Shown: positions 28,790 through 39,679, numbered from the stretch's first letter. The stretch: DNA of 41,582 nt from Parcubacteria group bacterium GW2011_GWA1_40_21 (GCA_000996205.1 LBYO01000003.1:1-41582); one strand, 5' to 3'. Notes: a model not told the origin generated them from the letters alone. Numbers and translations are program-made.

Positions 28790-28856
28790 CTTATTTCGCA
28801 AAATCACAAAGACTGAACACCTCGCTGTTTGGTTTTTTTGGTTCTAATATTTTGAG

Positions 28857-28972
28857 AAGGTTGTAGGTAGTAGGCTTTAGGTAGTAGGTTTTTATGAAAG
28901 AGAGGAGGAGGATTGTTCACATATCTTTTGTCTTACCTGCTTTCTTGCCTACTACCTACTACCTACAACCTA
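28857..28972. repeat. Inverted pair of 7-mer arrays
   Basis: aaggttgtaggtagtaggctttaggtagtagg ... gcctactacctactacctacaaccta. Confidence 0.9.
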
Positions 28973-28979
28973 AAAACAT

Positions 28980-29936
28980 ATGACTGACATTGAAAAATTT
29001 AAAAAAAATAAGAAGACCGCGTTTCTAGCGGAGGAATACGAAAGACTCTCAAAAGAAGAGAGGGGTATTTTGGAAATGTCCGAAAAAGATCCGACTGTGG
29101 CTGAATTGGCACGAGAGGAGTCGGATGTTTTAAGAACCCAAAAGGAAGGCATTTTAAAGGAGATGGAAAGCATACTTACGGAAGAATCGGCGGAAGAAGA
29201 ATTTCCGAATGAAATAATTCTTGAAGTAAGAGCGGGGGCTGGAGGCGAGGAGGCGGCGCTTTTTGCCCAGACTTTGGCTAATATGTATAAAAAATATGCC
29301 GATTCAAAAGGGTGGTCATTTTCAGTCGTCAACGAGTCAAAAACTTCTCTCGGCGGTTATAAAGAGGCCGTTTTTGAAATAAGGGGGAAAAATGTTTACC
29401 AAGAATTGCGTTTTGAAACGGGCGTGCATAGGATACAGAGAGTGCCGGAAACGGAGAAAATGGGCAGAGTCCACACTTCCACGGCTTCAGTGGCTATTTT
29501 GCCGATTAGAAAGAAAACTTCAGTTGAAATAAAACCTACCGACATTGAAATTGAGTTTTCAAGATCAGGTGGAGCCGGAGGGCAGAATGTCAACAAGGTT
29601 GAGACGGCCGTGAGGCTCATACACAAACCGACCGGCATTGATGTCCGCTCAACCGCCGAACGAAGCCAGCAGAAAAACAGAGAAAAAGCGATGAGTATAC
29701 TTGTCGCCAAATTGGAAGTCTTGAAAGAAGAAGAAGAGGCGAAAAAATACTCCGCCGAAAGGAAAGAGCAGGTGGGAACAGCCGACCGTTCCGAAAAGAT
29801 AAGAACATACAACATCTTGCAAGATAGGATTACCGACCATAGGATAAAAGAGTCATGGCACAATATTGAAAAAATACTCGCGGGCGAAATCGGACCGATA
29901 ATTAAGGCGATGGGGAGAAGCGGTAGAAGTTTATAA
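28980..29936 (+). CDS. prfA: Peptide chain release factor 1
   Basis: [26 protein letters not shown] (PxT motif), [13 protein letters not shown]. Confidence 0.96.
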   Translation: MTDIEKFKKNKKTAFLAEEYERLSKEERGILEMSEKDPTVAELAREESDVLRTQKEGILKEMESILTEESAEEEFPNEIILEVRAGAGGEEAALFAQTLANMYKKYADSKGWSFSVVNESKTSLGGYKEAVFEIRGKNVYQELRFETGVHRIQRVPETEKMGRVHTSTASVAILPIRKKTSVEIKPTDIEIEFSRSGGAGGQNVNKVETAVRLIHKPTGIDVRSTAERSQQKNREKAMSILVAKLEVLKEEEEAKKYSAERKEQVGTADRSEKIRTYNILQDRITDHRIKESWHNIEKILAGEIGPIIKAMGRSGRSL

Positions 29937-30055
29937 AGTCCGTAAAGTCAGCAAAGTAAGAATGGTTAATATCAAATTTAAAATTTCAAATTCTGAATGA
30001 CTTAATTTCAAATTCAAAATTTTTATTTGATTCAAAATTTTTTTGCCTTTAATTG

Positions 30056-30173
30056 ATAACCCCAAATTACGAAATGCAAAAAATTCAGGTCCTCGGGTCG
30101 CAAAAGCTATTTGTTTTTAAATGTTTTTGCTCAACCAGACCTGAATTTTTTGCATTTCGTAATTTGGGGTTAT
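30056..30173 (+). mobile_element. MITE-like hairpin element, copy 2
   Basis: Perfect 36-bp terminal IR (30056-30091 / 30138-30173). Confidence 0.85.
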
Positions 30174-30252
30174 AAACTTGATAACTTTACAAACTTTATA
30201 ACTGGTTCAAAAAATTTGCAATAAGGTTGATTATTTGTTAGGCTGTTTTTAT

Positions 30253-30975
30253 ATGGAAGAAGTAAAAAATACGAAAAATTCCGATGAAATTATAGAGGAA
30301 ATGTTCAAAGCCGGCGCTCATTTCGGCTATTCAAGGTCAAGAAGGCATCCAACTGCTTCACCTTATATTTTCGGCGTTAAAAATCGCGTGGAGATTTTTG
30401 ATTTGGCAAAAACGGCGGACCTTCTCAAAAACGCCTTGGATTTCGTTTCGGGCCTCGCCAAAGAAGACCGTCAGATTTTGTTTGTTGGCGGCAAAAACGA
30501 AGCTAGAGATTTGATAAAGAACGCGGCGATTTCAATTGATATGCCTTATGTCGCGGGAAGATGGATAGGCGGGACATTTACAAATTTTCCCGAAATCAAG
30601 AAAAGAATTTCAAAGCTGGAAGAGCTTACAAAGCAAAGAGAGAAAGGGGAATTGTCAAAATACACAAAGAAAGAACGGCTTGTAATAGACAGAAATATAG
30701 CCAATCTGGAAAGATTTTTTTCAGGTCTTTTATTGATGAAAGAGATGCCTAAAGCTATTTTTGTGATTGATCCTAAAAATGAAGCAATCGCCGTGACGGA
30801 AGCCAAAAAAATGGGAATTCCCGTTATCGCTTTGGCCGGTTCCGACTGCGACATTAAGGATGTTGATTATCCCATAGCTGCTAACGACTCTTCCATTTCA
30901 AGCATATCTTTCTTTGTCAGCGAAATAGTCAACGCGTATAAGAAAAACAAGGGATCTTCCAATAAGAAGGCTTAA
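30253..30975 (+). CDS. rpsB: 30S ribosomal protein S2
   Basis: [40 protein letters not shown] 30253 lies 8 nt after TTGCAA-17-TAGGCT. Confidence 0.97.
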   Translation: MEEVKNTKNSDEIIEEMFKAGAHFGYSRSRRHPTASPYIFGVKNRVEIFDLAKTADLLKNALDFVSGLAKEDRQILFVGGKNEARDLIKNAAISIDMPYVAGRWIGGTFTNFPEIKKRISKLEELTKQREKGELSKYTKKERLVIDRNIANLERFFSGLLLMKEMPKAIFVIDPKNEAIAVTEAKKMGIPVIALAGSDCDIKDVDYPIAANDSSISSISFFVSEIVNAYKKNKGSSNKKA

Positions 30976-30987
30976 CTTCAATAATTC

Positions 30988-31017
30988 AATTTGATTGTCA
31001 GATCAGACAATCAAATT
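30988..31017. terminator. Hairpin between rpsB and tsf
   Basis: aatttgattgtc-agatca-gacaatcaaatt. Confidence 0.5.
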
Positions 31018-31038
31018 AGTTAACAGTCTTCCTCACAT

Positions 31039-31638
31039 ATGAATAACAAAATGATTACCATGGAACAGATAAAAGAATTGCGTGACAAAACGGAAGTTTC
31101 CGTAATGCAGTGCAAAAAAGCTCTTGAAGAGGCGGGGGGCGATATGGACAAGGCTCTCATAATTTTGCGCAAAAAAGGTTCTGATATAGCCTCCAAGAAG
31201 TCGGACAGAACATTGGGTTCCGGCAGAATAGCTTCCTATGTTCACGGAAACGGAAGCATCGGGTCGCTTGTGGAATTGAGGAGCGAAACTGATTTTGTGT
31301 CAAAAAATGACCAATTTTACGCTCTAGCTTACGATATAGCTATGCAAGTCGCGGCCGCTAATCCGACATATCTAAAAAGGGAAGATGTAGCTGAAGAAGA
31401 AAAGAAGAAGATTTTGGAGGTTTTTGAAAAAGAAGTAATCGGGAAACCCGAAGAGATTAAAGATAAAATCCTCAAAGGCAAGCTGGACTCCTATTTAGCC
31501 GATAAGATTCTGTTGGAACAGCCGTTTGTGAAAGACGGCGGCGTAAAGATAAAAGACCTGATTGAATCCGCTATACAGAAATTTGGGGAAAAAATTGAAA
31601 TAGCGAGGTTCGCCAGGTTCAATGTTTTGGAAAAATAA
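31039..31638 (+). CDS. tsf: Elongation factor Ts (short form)
   Basis: IKELRD.T....MQCKKAL, ETDFV, DIAMQVAA, LLEQPFVKD, RFARF. Confidence 0.97.
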   Translation: MNNKMITMEQIKELRDKTEVSVMQCKKALEEAGGDMDKALIILRKKGSDIASKKSDRTLGSGRIASYVHGNGSIGSLVELRSETDFVSKNDQFYALAYDIAMQVAAANPTYLKREDVAEEEKKKILEVFEKEVIGKPEEIKDKILKGKLDSYLADKILLEQPFVKDGGVKIKDLIESAIQKFGEKIEIARFARFNVLEK

Positions 31639-31640
31639 TT

Positions 31641-32012
31641 ATGCTTACGATAATCTTCATACTCTCTCTGTTCTCAATCGCGGCAATCATCAGTTGGAAG
31701 ATGATAGAAGAAAAAAAATCAAAAATGTTTTTCTTTTCAAACTTGCGCAAGTGCGCGGATGAAGCGGTGGAAAAAACCGTCAACGGCGCGAAAAATCGCT
31801 TTTCTGTTTTAAATAAAAAAAATGCCAAATTGTTCGTGGCTTTTGCGGGGAATTCAATACTTAACGGCGTTTCAAGCGTCAAAAGAAAAACTTACTTGAA
31901 AAAATTAAAATTTCTGGATTCTCTCATGGCCGGAGGAAATTTAAAGAAAAAAGGTTCAGCTTCATTCTTTTTGAAGAATGTGTCAGAATACAAAGGCAAA
32001 TATACCAAGTAG
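31641..32012 (+). CDS. Hypothetical basic membrane protein
   Basis: N-terminal TM; C-terminal G...KKGSASFFLK.VSE; 2 nt after tsf. Confidence 0.7.
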   Translation: MLTIIFILSLFSIAAIISWKMIEEKKSKMFFFSNLRKCADEAVEKTVNGAKNRFSVLNKKNAKLFVAFAGNSILNGVSSVKRKTYLKKLKFLDSLMAGGNLKKKGSASFFLKNVSEYKGKYTK

Positions 32013-32049
32013 CCGACGGTAAATAAAAAGTTATTTTTTTGGATTTCTC

Positions 32050-32122
32050 GCCACCCTAGCTCAGTTGGTAGAGCAACGCTTTTGTAAAGCGAAGGTCGTC
32101 AGTTCAAGTCTGACGGGTGGCT
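32050..32122 (+). tRNA. tRNA-Thr(UGU)
   Basis: Acceptor stem gccaccc/gggtggc, D arm gctcagttggtagagc, anticodon loop tt-tgt-aa, T loop gttcaag; CCA not encoded. Confidence 0.96.
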
Positions 32123-32129
32123 CACTCAA

Positions 32130-32427
32130 ATAGGTTTTAGTGATTAGGTTGCAGGTGGTAGGTTTCGTAAACAGAGTTTAGGGATTTAAGCAATGGAAAA
32201 TTTAGAAATTCACAAATGTCCTTTATAAAACATAAAGGACATTTTATCAAGGACAATATTTATCATGTCCTTAAGAATTATTTATTAAATAAAAAAGTTC
32301 ATAAAGCCCATAAAGATATAAAGATAATTCTCAATTTTCATTGAATTTACACTTTTAAAAGTTTCAAATGATTGGAAATTGATCATTTCTAATTTGCCCA
32401 CTTTAACTTTATAACTTGATAAACTTC
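32130..32427. repeat. Cluster of a 7-mer arm, hairpins and inverted 9-mer arrays
   Basis: taggttttagtgattaggttgcaggtggtagg; aaatgtccttta...taaaggacattt; 9-mer arms at 32294-32323 and 32400-32427. Confidence 0.7.
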
Positions 32428-32566
32428 CCACTCCTACTTTTAAGGTTATCCCCAGCAGCTTGCATCCTCTGATAGCTGTATTATAATAAAACTAATATTG
32501 ACTTCTCATAAGTCAAGTCGTTTTATTTTTAAAAAAGTTTTTTAATAATTTAATAATTTTTATTTT

Positions 32567-35500
32567 ATGCGTAATTTGAAAAGTTTTTTTCTGTCGGCGA
32601 CGGCTTTTTTGCTGTTGCTGTTTTTATTTATCAATTTCTTCTTTTCTCCTAATTTTGCCGAAGCGGCGATCACGGTGCAAGCTCCACCCATTGACAGATT
32701 TTTCCAAAGCCCGACGGTGGGTGGAGGAGCAATCCTTCCTCTTACCAGTTTTATGCTGGTTCAATCCAGCGGTTCTGACACTTTGTCTAAAGTAGGTGTC
32801 CAGCTTTTCGCTTCTTCAACCGTAAGTCAGGGCGAGATTTCCAGAGTTTCGCTTTGGAAAGAGTCGGGAGCGACTCCGGGTTTTCAGATAAGCCAAGATC
32901 TTTTTGTCAGTGGCGCCGCTTCAGGGACGCCCATGGTGGACGGCACTTTGATTGTTCTTTCCCCGACAACGCCGGTTTCAATAGCTTCCACCCCGTCTGA
33001 ATTTTATGTTGTCGCGTCAACCACCGCCGTAAGCGGAATTACCAACGGTCACGGTTTTGATTTAAGAATGCAAAATAATTACGCCAGCACCACTTCGGGC
33101 GGTATCGGTTTGGCTTTCAATCCGGGCAAGAAAGTGACGCTTAATCAATCAGCCGCGCTTAAGATAAGCGAAGTGAAAGCCGGTTCAACGGGCAACGCGG
33201 GAGACGAATTCGTTGAACTTTACAACACCGGAGAAGCCGATATAAATCTCGCGGATCTTCCTCTAAACTTGCACACTTTTTATTCCACTCCTAACGGCAG
33301 TTCCACTCCTGTCGCTCTTACTTATTATAAAAGAATAATACCTAGCCACGGCTTTTTCTTAATCGGTTCGCAGATAGGATATAGCGGCGCGACCCCGCTT
33401 GATGCTGTCTTCGCGACCAGCAGTTTCAGCGCATTCAACGCGAACGGCGGTGTGTCAATCGCCACGAGTTCGGGAATTGCCGCCACGACTACGGCCATAG
33501 ACAGGATCGCGTGGGGCAGTCAGTCGTTGGCGAACGGAGAAGGTCCTTCTCTGCCGGCGGATTTGGCCAATGATAAGAGTTATGAACGGAAAGCCAGCAC
33601 CACTTCAACTAATGTGTCAATGGCTTCCGGCGGAATGGACGCGTCTAAAGGTAATGGTGTAGACAACAATGACAACAGACTGGACAATGATGGAAACGCC
33701 ACCGACGCGGGAGATTTCATTGAGCAGAGTGGCGCGGGAATAAATCCTCAAAATTCCAACAGTCCCGTTGAATTTCCTTTTGGCGGAGGCGGGGGTCCTG
33801 ATATGTCATCGCCACAAGTGATGGGTTCTTATCCTTCAGACGGAATGACCGGCGTACCGGTTGATTTTTCTTTCATAGGTTTCGGGTTTAATAAGCCGAT
33901 GAGCTCAACGACCATAAACACGACAAATGTTACTCTTCAAGCCGGAGGAATAGGTGCTAATCTTTGTTCAAGTGTCACCTACAATCCATTTCCAAGCAAC
34001 TTTGAACCGTCGGCGAAATGCGTCGTCTCGGCTCTTTCTGCCGGCACGAGCTACACTTTTACCGTCGGAACGGGAGTCCAAGATATGTCAAACAATGCCC
34101 TTGATCAAAATTCGTTCACCGCAGGCAGTCAATCTTATACAGCGACATTCACGACCGGAGCCGCCAATCAGACATTCGCGAATACGATGCCTCCTTCCGT
34201 AATAGGAGTAAGTCCGTTTATGGGAGGCTTCAATATTCCCACCAATCTCGCTATGGTGTCCATTGAATTCAGTTCGGATATGAAAGTAAGCACGTTCAAT
34301 AACACGAACATCACTTTGGCCGCGGGCGCGACGAATGTTCCGCTCTCCAGTTTCTCTTTCGGCACTTCAACAGGCAAGAACTTGTTGCTGGCAACAATAA
34401 ACCCGTCCAGTCTTCCTTTGTCTTCAAACACGGCTTACACAATAACCGTTAAGACTGGTGTCCAAAATAGCAACAGCATATCTCTTCCAATGCAGTACAC
34501 ATCAACATTTACCACCAGCGCCCAAGCGGACAACTCCGCCCCTGTAATCGTGGGAGTCTTGCCGACCGCGGGCGCCACCATTGCCGCCAATACTAGCGAT
34601 TTCATTTTCACTTTTGACGATAACATTGACGCTTCTACCGCCACTTCCGGCGCGATTACGCTAGGCATTTCCGGCGGAGCCAATCTTCCGGGAAGCGTGA
34701 TGTACAATCCCGTCGCCAAGGAAGGTCATTTCATACCTAACAATGTTTTGCCAATTGGACAAAGCCTTGTTCTTACCATTAAAGGAGCATCAATAAAAAA
34801 TGTCTCCGGCGTATATCTCACTACCAATGTGACGAAAAATTATACCGTTGAAGCAACGAATTCCGACATCACCGCTCCATCAATCCTTTTCGCGAACGGC
34901 AACGAATTTAATCTAGCGATAACTTTCAGCGAGGCGGTGAATTCCACCGATGCCACCACTCTAGCCAATTATTCCTTGACTGTCAGCGGAACCGCCCAGA
35001 CTTTAAGTGGAATGGCCGGCAATATGTTAAGTTATGACGCCCAGACAAGGACAGTCAAACTGACAGGCGTTCGCCTTACTTCCAACGCTACTTTCGCGAT
35101 TACCGCCCAAAACATAAAAGATATGACAGGCAACACTATGACTTCAAATTCTTTTAGTGGCACCATTTCTTCCGCCTCGTCGCAGGGTTTTGTCGGTCCG
35201 GGTAGCTTCACTGGCTCCACTTTTGGAGAACAGAAGGATTTCAGTTCCTCTGGCATAGGATTTATGCCTCCTGTTCAAATCAAACCGTCAAGCAATTTCA
35301 TAAACGCTTCCAGCACTTACAATTTTGAATTGCCGATAGCCAAGCAGATAGATGCTAGCGGAACAATCGTGATTACTTTCCCATCTACCGCCGATTTCAG
35401 CATCTGTTGCGCCGCGACCACAAGCGCGAATAATCCTTTTATGACTTCGCAAAACAGCGATATAAACGGTCCGGGCGCGGGGACGATAGGAATTAAAACC

Positions 35501-38500
35501 ATTACCAAAGATTCAACGGCAAAAACAGTAACTCTGACTTTGGACGTGGCGACAAGGTCGGAGCTTTTTAACGGCAACACTGACACTCATGATTTCTTGC
35601 GGTTCGCCATTGCCGATATAAAAAATCCGTCAATACCGAAAGGTATAGATACTTCAGGATACAGCATTGACATAAAATCCAAGAAAGCCGACGGCACTCT
35701 TCTTGAATCATTCTCCGCCAACCCTGTCTATATAGGAGGGGGTTCTTCCGGTGGCGGCGCCACGACGACTGTCCGCGGAAAGGCGACAGGCAACGGTGGA
35801 AACCTGGTAAATATGAAAATCCATATGATGTCTTCGCTGACCGGCCTTGTTGACGCGACAACCAATACTTCCGGAGATTATCAATTCACCGATATTCCGG
35901 TGGGCAGTCAGATGCTTACAAACAATTTTGGAGGAGGAAGCCAATTCTTCTTGTTCACGGATCCGTTCATAAGCGGAATCAATGATTCAAACGGCGCAAC
36001 CACCACCGCGTTTTTCGGCGACAGTATGCCAACCCCGATTCAAGCGACTTCCACAAGCGTTATCACCAGAAATTTCGCTTTGACCGCCACTTCCTCGGCT
36101 ATCAATTTCAATATCAATGTTACGGCGTCAAGCGGCACTTTCGGCGCGACCGAACAGATTGATGTGTTCGCCGGAGGCCCGGGAAAGTTTGTTACCAGAA
36201 CTGTTACCCCGGGGAGCGGAACACTGACCAACACGCTTTTGACCACGATACCGATACCTCAAGTGAACGGTCATTGGGGCATCGGAATTGGTCCGGCTAT
36301 GCCTAAAGGTGTAGGCGAAATGATGGGGCCTATGCCACAGGTTGCTTGGTCTATGCCAAGACCTGTTGACATTACGGTTTCCGGTTGTCCTTCGGCTTGT
36401 ATAGCTACCGTAAACAATGTCGCTACGACTTCCAACTTATTTACTTTACTAAAAGCGGATAAACCGATAATCGGTTTGCTTCAGGACGCGAGCGGAAATG
36501 CGATTTCCGGCGCGATGGTGATGGCTTATTCGCCGACAGGTGGCTCGGGTAATCAGGCCCAAACTTCAGCTTCGGGTTCATTTTCTATAGGTGTCGCTCA
36601 AGGGTCTTATATGGTGGGAGCTTTTTCTCCGGGCATAGGCCAATCAAAAGAAATTACGGCGGTCGTTGATTCATCGGGCAATGTGTTTGTGAACGGCTCG
36701 CCGACGGCTTCCACGGGAGCGAGCGGAGCCAATCCTTTCATAATGAAGATGGTCAAGCCGGGTTATAAGATTACAGGCAGGGTGACTGACGGCACGAATC
36801 CTGTCGGAGGCGCTTCGGTTTACGCTTACAGAACGGACGGTCCCGGCCACGGTGACGCCATTACCGATTCTTCAACGGGAAATTACACGATTTACGCCGA
36901 CAACGGCGCGTGGAAAGTCGGCGCTTTCGTGCCGGGATTCGGTCCGATGGCGGAACAGACAGTTACGGTGGCGAGCGCCGACAAGACAGGGATAGACTTC
37001 GCGCCGGTTTCAGGAACGACTCTCTCGGTGCTTTCAGGAACTCTGTACGAAGATTTAGACAGCAATAATATTTACGCGACCGGCACGGAAGCCATTTCCG
37101 GCGCGGTGATCAGAGTTTCAGGAAGTGGCGGGGTGAATGAAGGCGTATCCGGCAGTGATGGTTCTTTCTCTATCAGAGTGCCTTCCGGGAGCGGATATTC
37201 CATTTCTGAAATTTTTCATCCTTCCTACGGCAGGATAGCGCCTTTGAATAGCGCCGGAACCGCTATCGGAATCCTAAACCTTACGGCTTCAACGACGCAA
37301 TACATAAGAGTTCCGGTCAGGAGGACGGTGACGGTTAATATCAAAGATTCAAGCGGCAGTCTTCTCACTGTGCCTAAAGCGTTCATTGATCTCTTTGATA
37401 ATGTGAGACAGACTGGTGTTCACGCAGAAATAACAAACGCTTCATCCACCACTATGTCAGTGCCGAATGGAGCCAGCACGACCATTCGCGCATTCATCCA
37501 AGGAATGCCATCGTCAAACATTTCCATCGCCGCGGTTGACAGCAATACTTTGATTCTAAGCGGAATCCTTGAAGTCAATGGAAACGAGGGAGTCAACATA
37601 ACGGTTGACACATCATCCAAATCAATGCGGACTGTTTCCGGAACTGTTTACAAAACAGCGGCCGGTAGTGGCAACGAACTGGCTGACGCATGGGTGCAAT
37701 TTATTGACAACACCAACGGAATCCGTGTCGGAACGCAGACATCTTCTTCCGGGGCTTACAGTTTGCAGTTGGCCGACGGGACATATAACGCGCAAGCTAT
37801 GAAGCCGGGATTTGTAGGAACTCCCTCGTCAGTTACGGTTGGCGCCAATATTACTCAAAACTTTGTTCTTACTCAATCAAATTTGACTATCTCGGGACAG
37901 GTGACAGCCGGAGGTTCGGCCGCTAAAGACGCTTTTGTTAGAGCTGAAAAAGCGGGCGGAGGAGAAGCTATAGGAAAGACCGATACCAGTGGAAATTACA
38001 CTCTTAATGTGACCGGCGGAACATGGCGAGTGTTTGCCTCGGCGGAAGGGTACAGTCAAGCAGGTTATGCGTCCAATCCCCTCATCGTAACGACGGGCTC
38101 GCAAAGCAATATTAATATCGCTTTGACCACGGCAGTTTCGCTCCAGACGAAGCTCGCGACATCCAACACTTTCACCGACACCTCGGCGGGCACATTTAAC
38201 GACAGCACTGTCGGAGTAAATATTCAGCTTGATTCAGGCACTCTCGGCTCGGCGGGAAGCAACGCTTATTTGACAGCTAGAGAGACGAGTAATATTCCAG
38301 ATACGGCCAGCGTAAATATCATCGGAGATAAAGCCAAAGACATAAGCGCCTATTCCGGTGGCAGTCAAGTGAAGAATCTCCAATCTGGAAAGACGGCTAC
38401 CGTTGATCTGACTTACACTAAGAGCGAGTTGACGGCAGACGGCATAACCACGACCGACAAGGTGAGCAAGCTTAGCATGGTCTCATACAGCGACGACAAG

Positions 38501-39637
38501 CAGGAATGGGAGTCTCTTTCAACAACAATCACTTACAAAGATTCAGACGGCGCAACCATAGCTTCTCCATCATCTGATTTGACCGGTGTGGCTACGGTAG
38601 TGTTCACGGCGGTCGGCACCCACTTCTCGCCATACGCCTTGTCTGAAGCGGTTGGTGTAAATCCTCCGGATGTTCCTGTCGGGCTGGATGCCGCGACTGG
38701 AGGTTCGGGCAGCGGACAGATTACCATCAATTGGAGCTCGGTCAGCGGCGCCACCGGATATTATATTTACAGAGACACATCTTCCACCGGTTCATTTCCT
38801 CTCTTGGTTGACGCGGGTAATGTGACGAGCTATGTGAATACCAGCCTTACGAGCGGCACAACCTATTATTATAAAGTTTCCGCTTATAAAGGAACGGGAA
38901 GCCCTGAATCAGCCGCGTCCAATCCCGTAAACGCTTCCGTGTCAGCGGTCGCGGGAGGCGGCGGAGGGGTCTCAATCCGCGCCTCTTCTTCCTCTTCCCA
39001 ATCCGTCTCATCCGCGGCTTCTTCTGTGAGCGTAGCATCAGTTCCTGCGACATCAGTCGCCAGTCCGTCATCGGTCGCCCGATCAGTCTCGCCTGTATTC
39101 AACAAGAATTTGACGCGCGGAAGCAAAGGAGAGGATGTCAAAAATCTCCAGAAATTGCTGGCTCAAGACAAGACAATCTATCCTGAAGGAATAGTGTCCG
39201 GAGTGTTCGGACCAATGACTGAAAAAGCAGTCAAGAAATTCCAAGCAAAATACAGCCTACCTCAAGTCGGGACAGTCGGACCGGCAACGAGAAGCATTCT
39301 TAATCTGGTGGCGAGCGTAAGCCCTTCCGCGACAGTTCAACAATCATCATCGTCCCAATCGGTAAGTTCTTCTTCAATTTCTCCAACAGGAGCAATCAGC
39401 AAGCGTCTGCAAAAAGGAATGAAAGATAATCAAATTTCAACACTGCAACAGTGGCTTTCCCAAGACAAAGACATTTATCCTGAAGGAACGGTCAGCGGAT
39501 ACTACGGTTCTCTGACGGAGAAAGCCGTTCAGAAATTCCAGGAGAAATACGGCATTGTCGGACCGGGCGAAGCGGGCTACGGCGTTGTCGGACCGAAGAC
39601 CAGAGCCAAGCTCTCGGAGATATTCGGAGGAAACTGA
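32567..39637 (+). CDS. 2356-aa secreted surface protein (lamin-tail, Ig-like Big_5, carboxypeptidase-regulatory-like, FN3, two PG-binding domains)
   Basis: Signal peptide ending AEA; ISEV...DEFVELYN; D..AP.(I/V) Ig starts; I.G.V.D..G..GA.V repeats; INWS.VSGATGYYIYR..YYYKVSAY; two L.(R/K)G....LQ..L...G..G..TEKAV.KFQ units. Confidence 0.9.
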   Translation: MRNLKSFFLSATAFLLLLFLFINFFFSPNFAEAAITVQAPPIDRFFQSPTVGGGAILPLTSFMLVQSSGSDTLSKVGVQLFASSTVSQGEISRVSLWKESGATPGFQISQDLFVSGAASGTPMVDGTLIVLSPTTPVSIASTPSEFYVVASTTAVSGITNGHGFDLRMQNNYASTTSGGIGLAFNPGKKVTLNQSAALKISEVKAGSTGNAGDEFVELYNTGEADINLADLPLNLHTFYSTPNGSSTPVALTYYKRIIPSHGFFLIGSQIGYSGATPLDAVFATSSFSAFNANGGVSIATSSGIAATTTAIDRIAWGSQSLANGEGPSLPADLANDKSYERKASTTSTNVSMASGGMDASKGNGVDNNDNRLDNDGNATDAGDFIEQSGAGINPQNSNSPVEFPFGGGGGPDMSSPQVMGSYPSDGMTGVPVDFSFIGFGFNKPMSSTTINTTNVTLQAGGIGANLCSSVTYNPFPSNFEPSAKCVVSALSAGTSYTFTVGTGVQDMSNNALDQNSFTAGSQSYTATFTTGAANQTFANTMPPSVIGVSPFMGGFNIPTNLAMVSIEFSSDMKVSTFNNTNITLAAGATNVPLSSFSFGTSTGKNLLLATINPSSLPLSSNTAYTITVKTGVQNSNSISLPMQYTSTFTTSAQADNSAPVIVGVLPTAGATIAANTSDFIFTFDDNIDASTATSGAITLGISGGANLPGSVMYNPVAKEGHFIPNNVLPIGQSLVLTIKGASIKNVSGVYLTTNVTKNYTVEATNSDITAPSILFANGNEFNLAITFSEAVNSTDATTLANYSLTVSGTAQTLSGMAGNMLSYDAQTRTVKLTGVRLTSNATFAITAQNIKDMTGNTMTSNSFSGTISSASSQGFVGPGSFTGSTFGEQKDFSSSGIGFMPPVQIKPSSNFINASSTYNFELPIAKQIDASGTIVITFPSTADFSICCAATTSANNPFMTSQNSDINGPGAGTIGIKTITKDSTAKTVTLTLDVATRSELFNGNTDTHDFLRFAIADIKNPSIPKGIDTSGYSIDIKSKKADGTLLESFSANPVYIGGGSSGGGATTTVRGKATGNGGNLVNMKIHMMSSLTGLVDATTNTSGDYQFTDIPVGSQMLTNNFGGGSQFFLFTDPFISGINDSNGATTTAFFGDSMPTPIQATSTSVITRNFALTATSSAINFNINVTASSGTFGATEQIDVFAGGPGKFVTRTVTPGSGTLTNTLLTTIPIPQVNGHWGIGIGPAMPKGVGEMMGPMPQVAWSMPRPVDITVSGCPSACIATVNNVATTSNLFTLLKADKPIIGLLQDASGNAISGAMVMAYSPTGGSGNQAQTSASGSFSIGVAQGSYMVGAFSPGIGQSKEITAVVDSSGNVFVNGSPTASTGASGANPFIMKMVKPGYKITGRVTDGTNPVGGASVYAYRTDGPGHGDAITDSSTGNYTIYADNGAWKVGAFVPGFGPMAEQTVTVASADKTGIDFAPVSGTTLSVLSGTLYEDLDSNNIYATGTEAISGAVIRVSGSGGVNEGVSGSDGSFSIRVPSGSGYSISEIFHPSYGRIAPLNSAGTAIGILNLTASTTQYIRVPVRRTVTVNIKDSSGSLLTVPKAFIDLFDNVRQTGVHAEITNASSTTMSVPNGASTTIRAFIQGMPSSNISIAAVDSNTLILSGILEVNGNEGVNITVDTSSKSMRTVSGTVYKTAAGSGNELADAWVQFIDNTNGIRVGTQTSSSGAYSLQLADGTYNAQAMKPGFVGTPSSVTVGANITQNFVLTQSNLTISGQVTAGGSAAKDAFVRAEKAGGGEAIGKTDTSGNYTLNVTGGTWRVFASAEGYSQAGYASNPLIVTTGSQSNINIALTTAVSLQTKLATSNTFTDTSAGTFNDSTVGVNIQLDSGTLGSAGSNAYLTARETSNIPDTASVNIIGDKAKDISAYSGGSQVKNLQSGKTATVDLTYTKSELTADGITTTDKVSKLSMVSYSDDKQEWESLSTTITYKDSDGATIASPSSDLTGVATVVFTAVGTHFSPYALSEAVGVNPPDVPVGLDAATGGSGSGQITINWSSVSGATGYYIYRDTSSTGSFPLLVDAGNVTSYVNTSLTSGTTYYYKVSAYKGTGSPESAASNPVNASVSAVAGGGGGVSIRASSSSSQSVSSAASSVSVASVPATSVASPSSVARSVSPVFNKNLTRGSKGEDVKNLQKLLAQDKTIYPEGIVSGVFGPMTEKAVKKFQAKYSLPQVGTVGPATRSILNLVASVSPSATVQQSSSSQSVSSSSISPTGAISKRLQKGMKDNQISTLQQWLSQDKDIYPEGTVSGYYGSLTEKAVQKFQEKYGIVGPGEAGYGVVGPKTRAKLSEIFGGN

Positions 39638-39679
39638 TTCGTCAATCCGGCAACTCCAAACCAAAGTCATTTGGAACAA

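Noticed and set aside
4827-28972. 7-mer arrays or pilin modules as a CRISPR array
   Set aside because: No constant repeat with unique spacers of regular length, and no cas genes.
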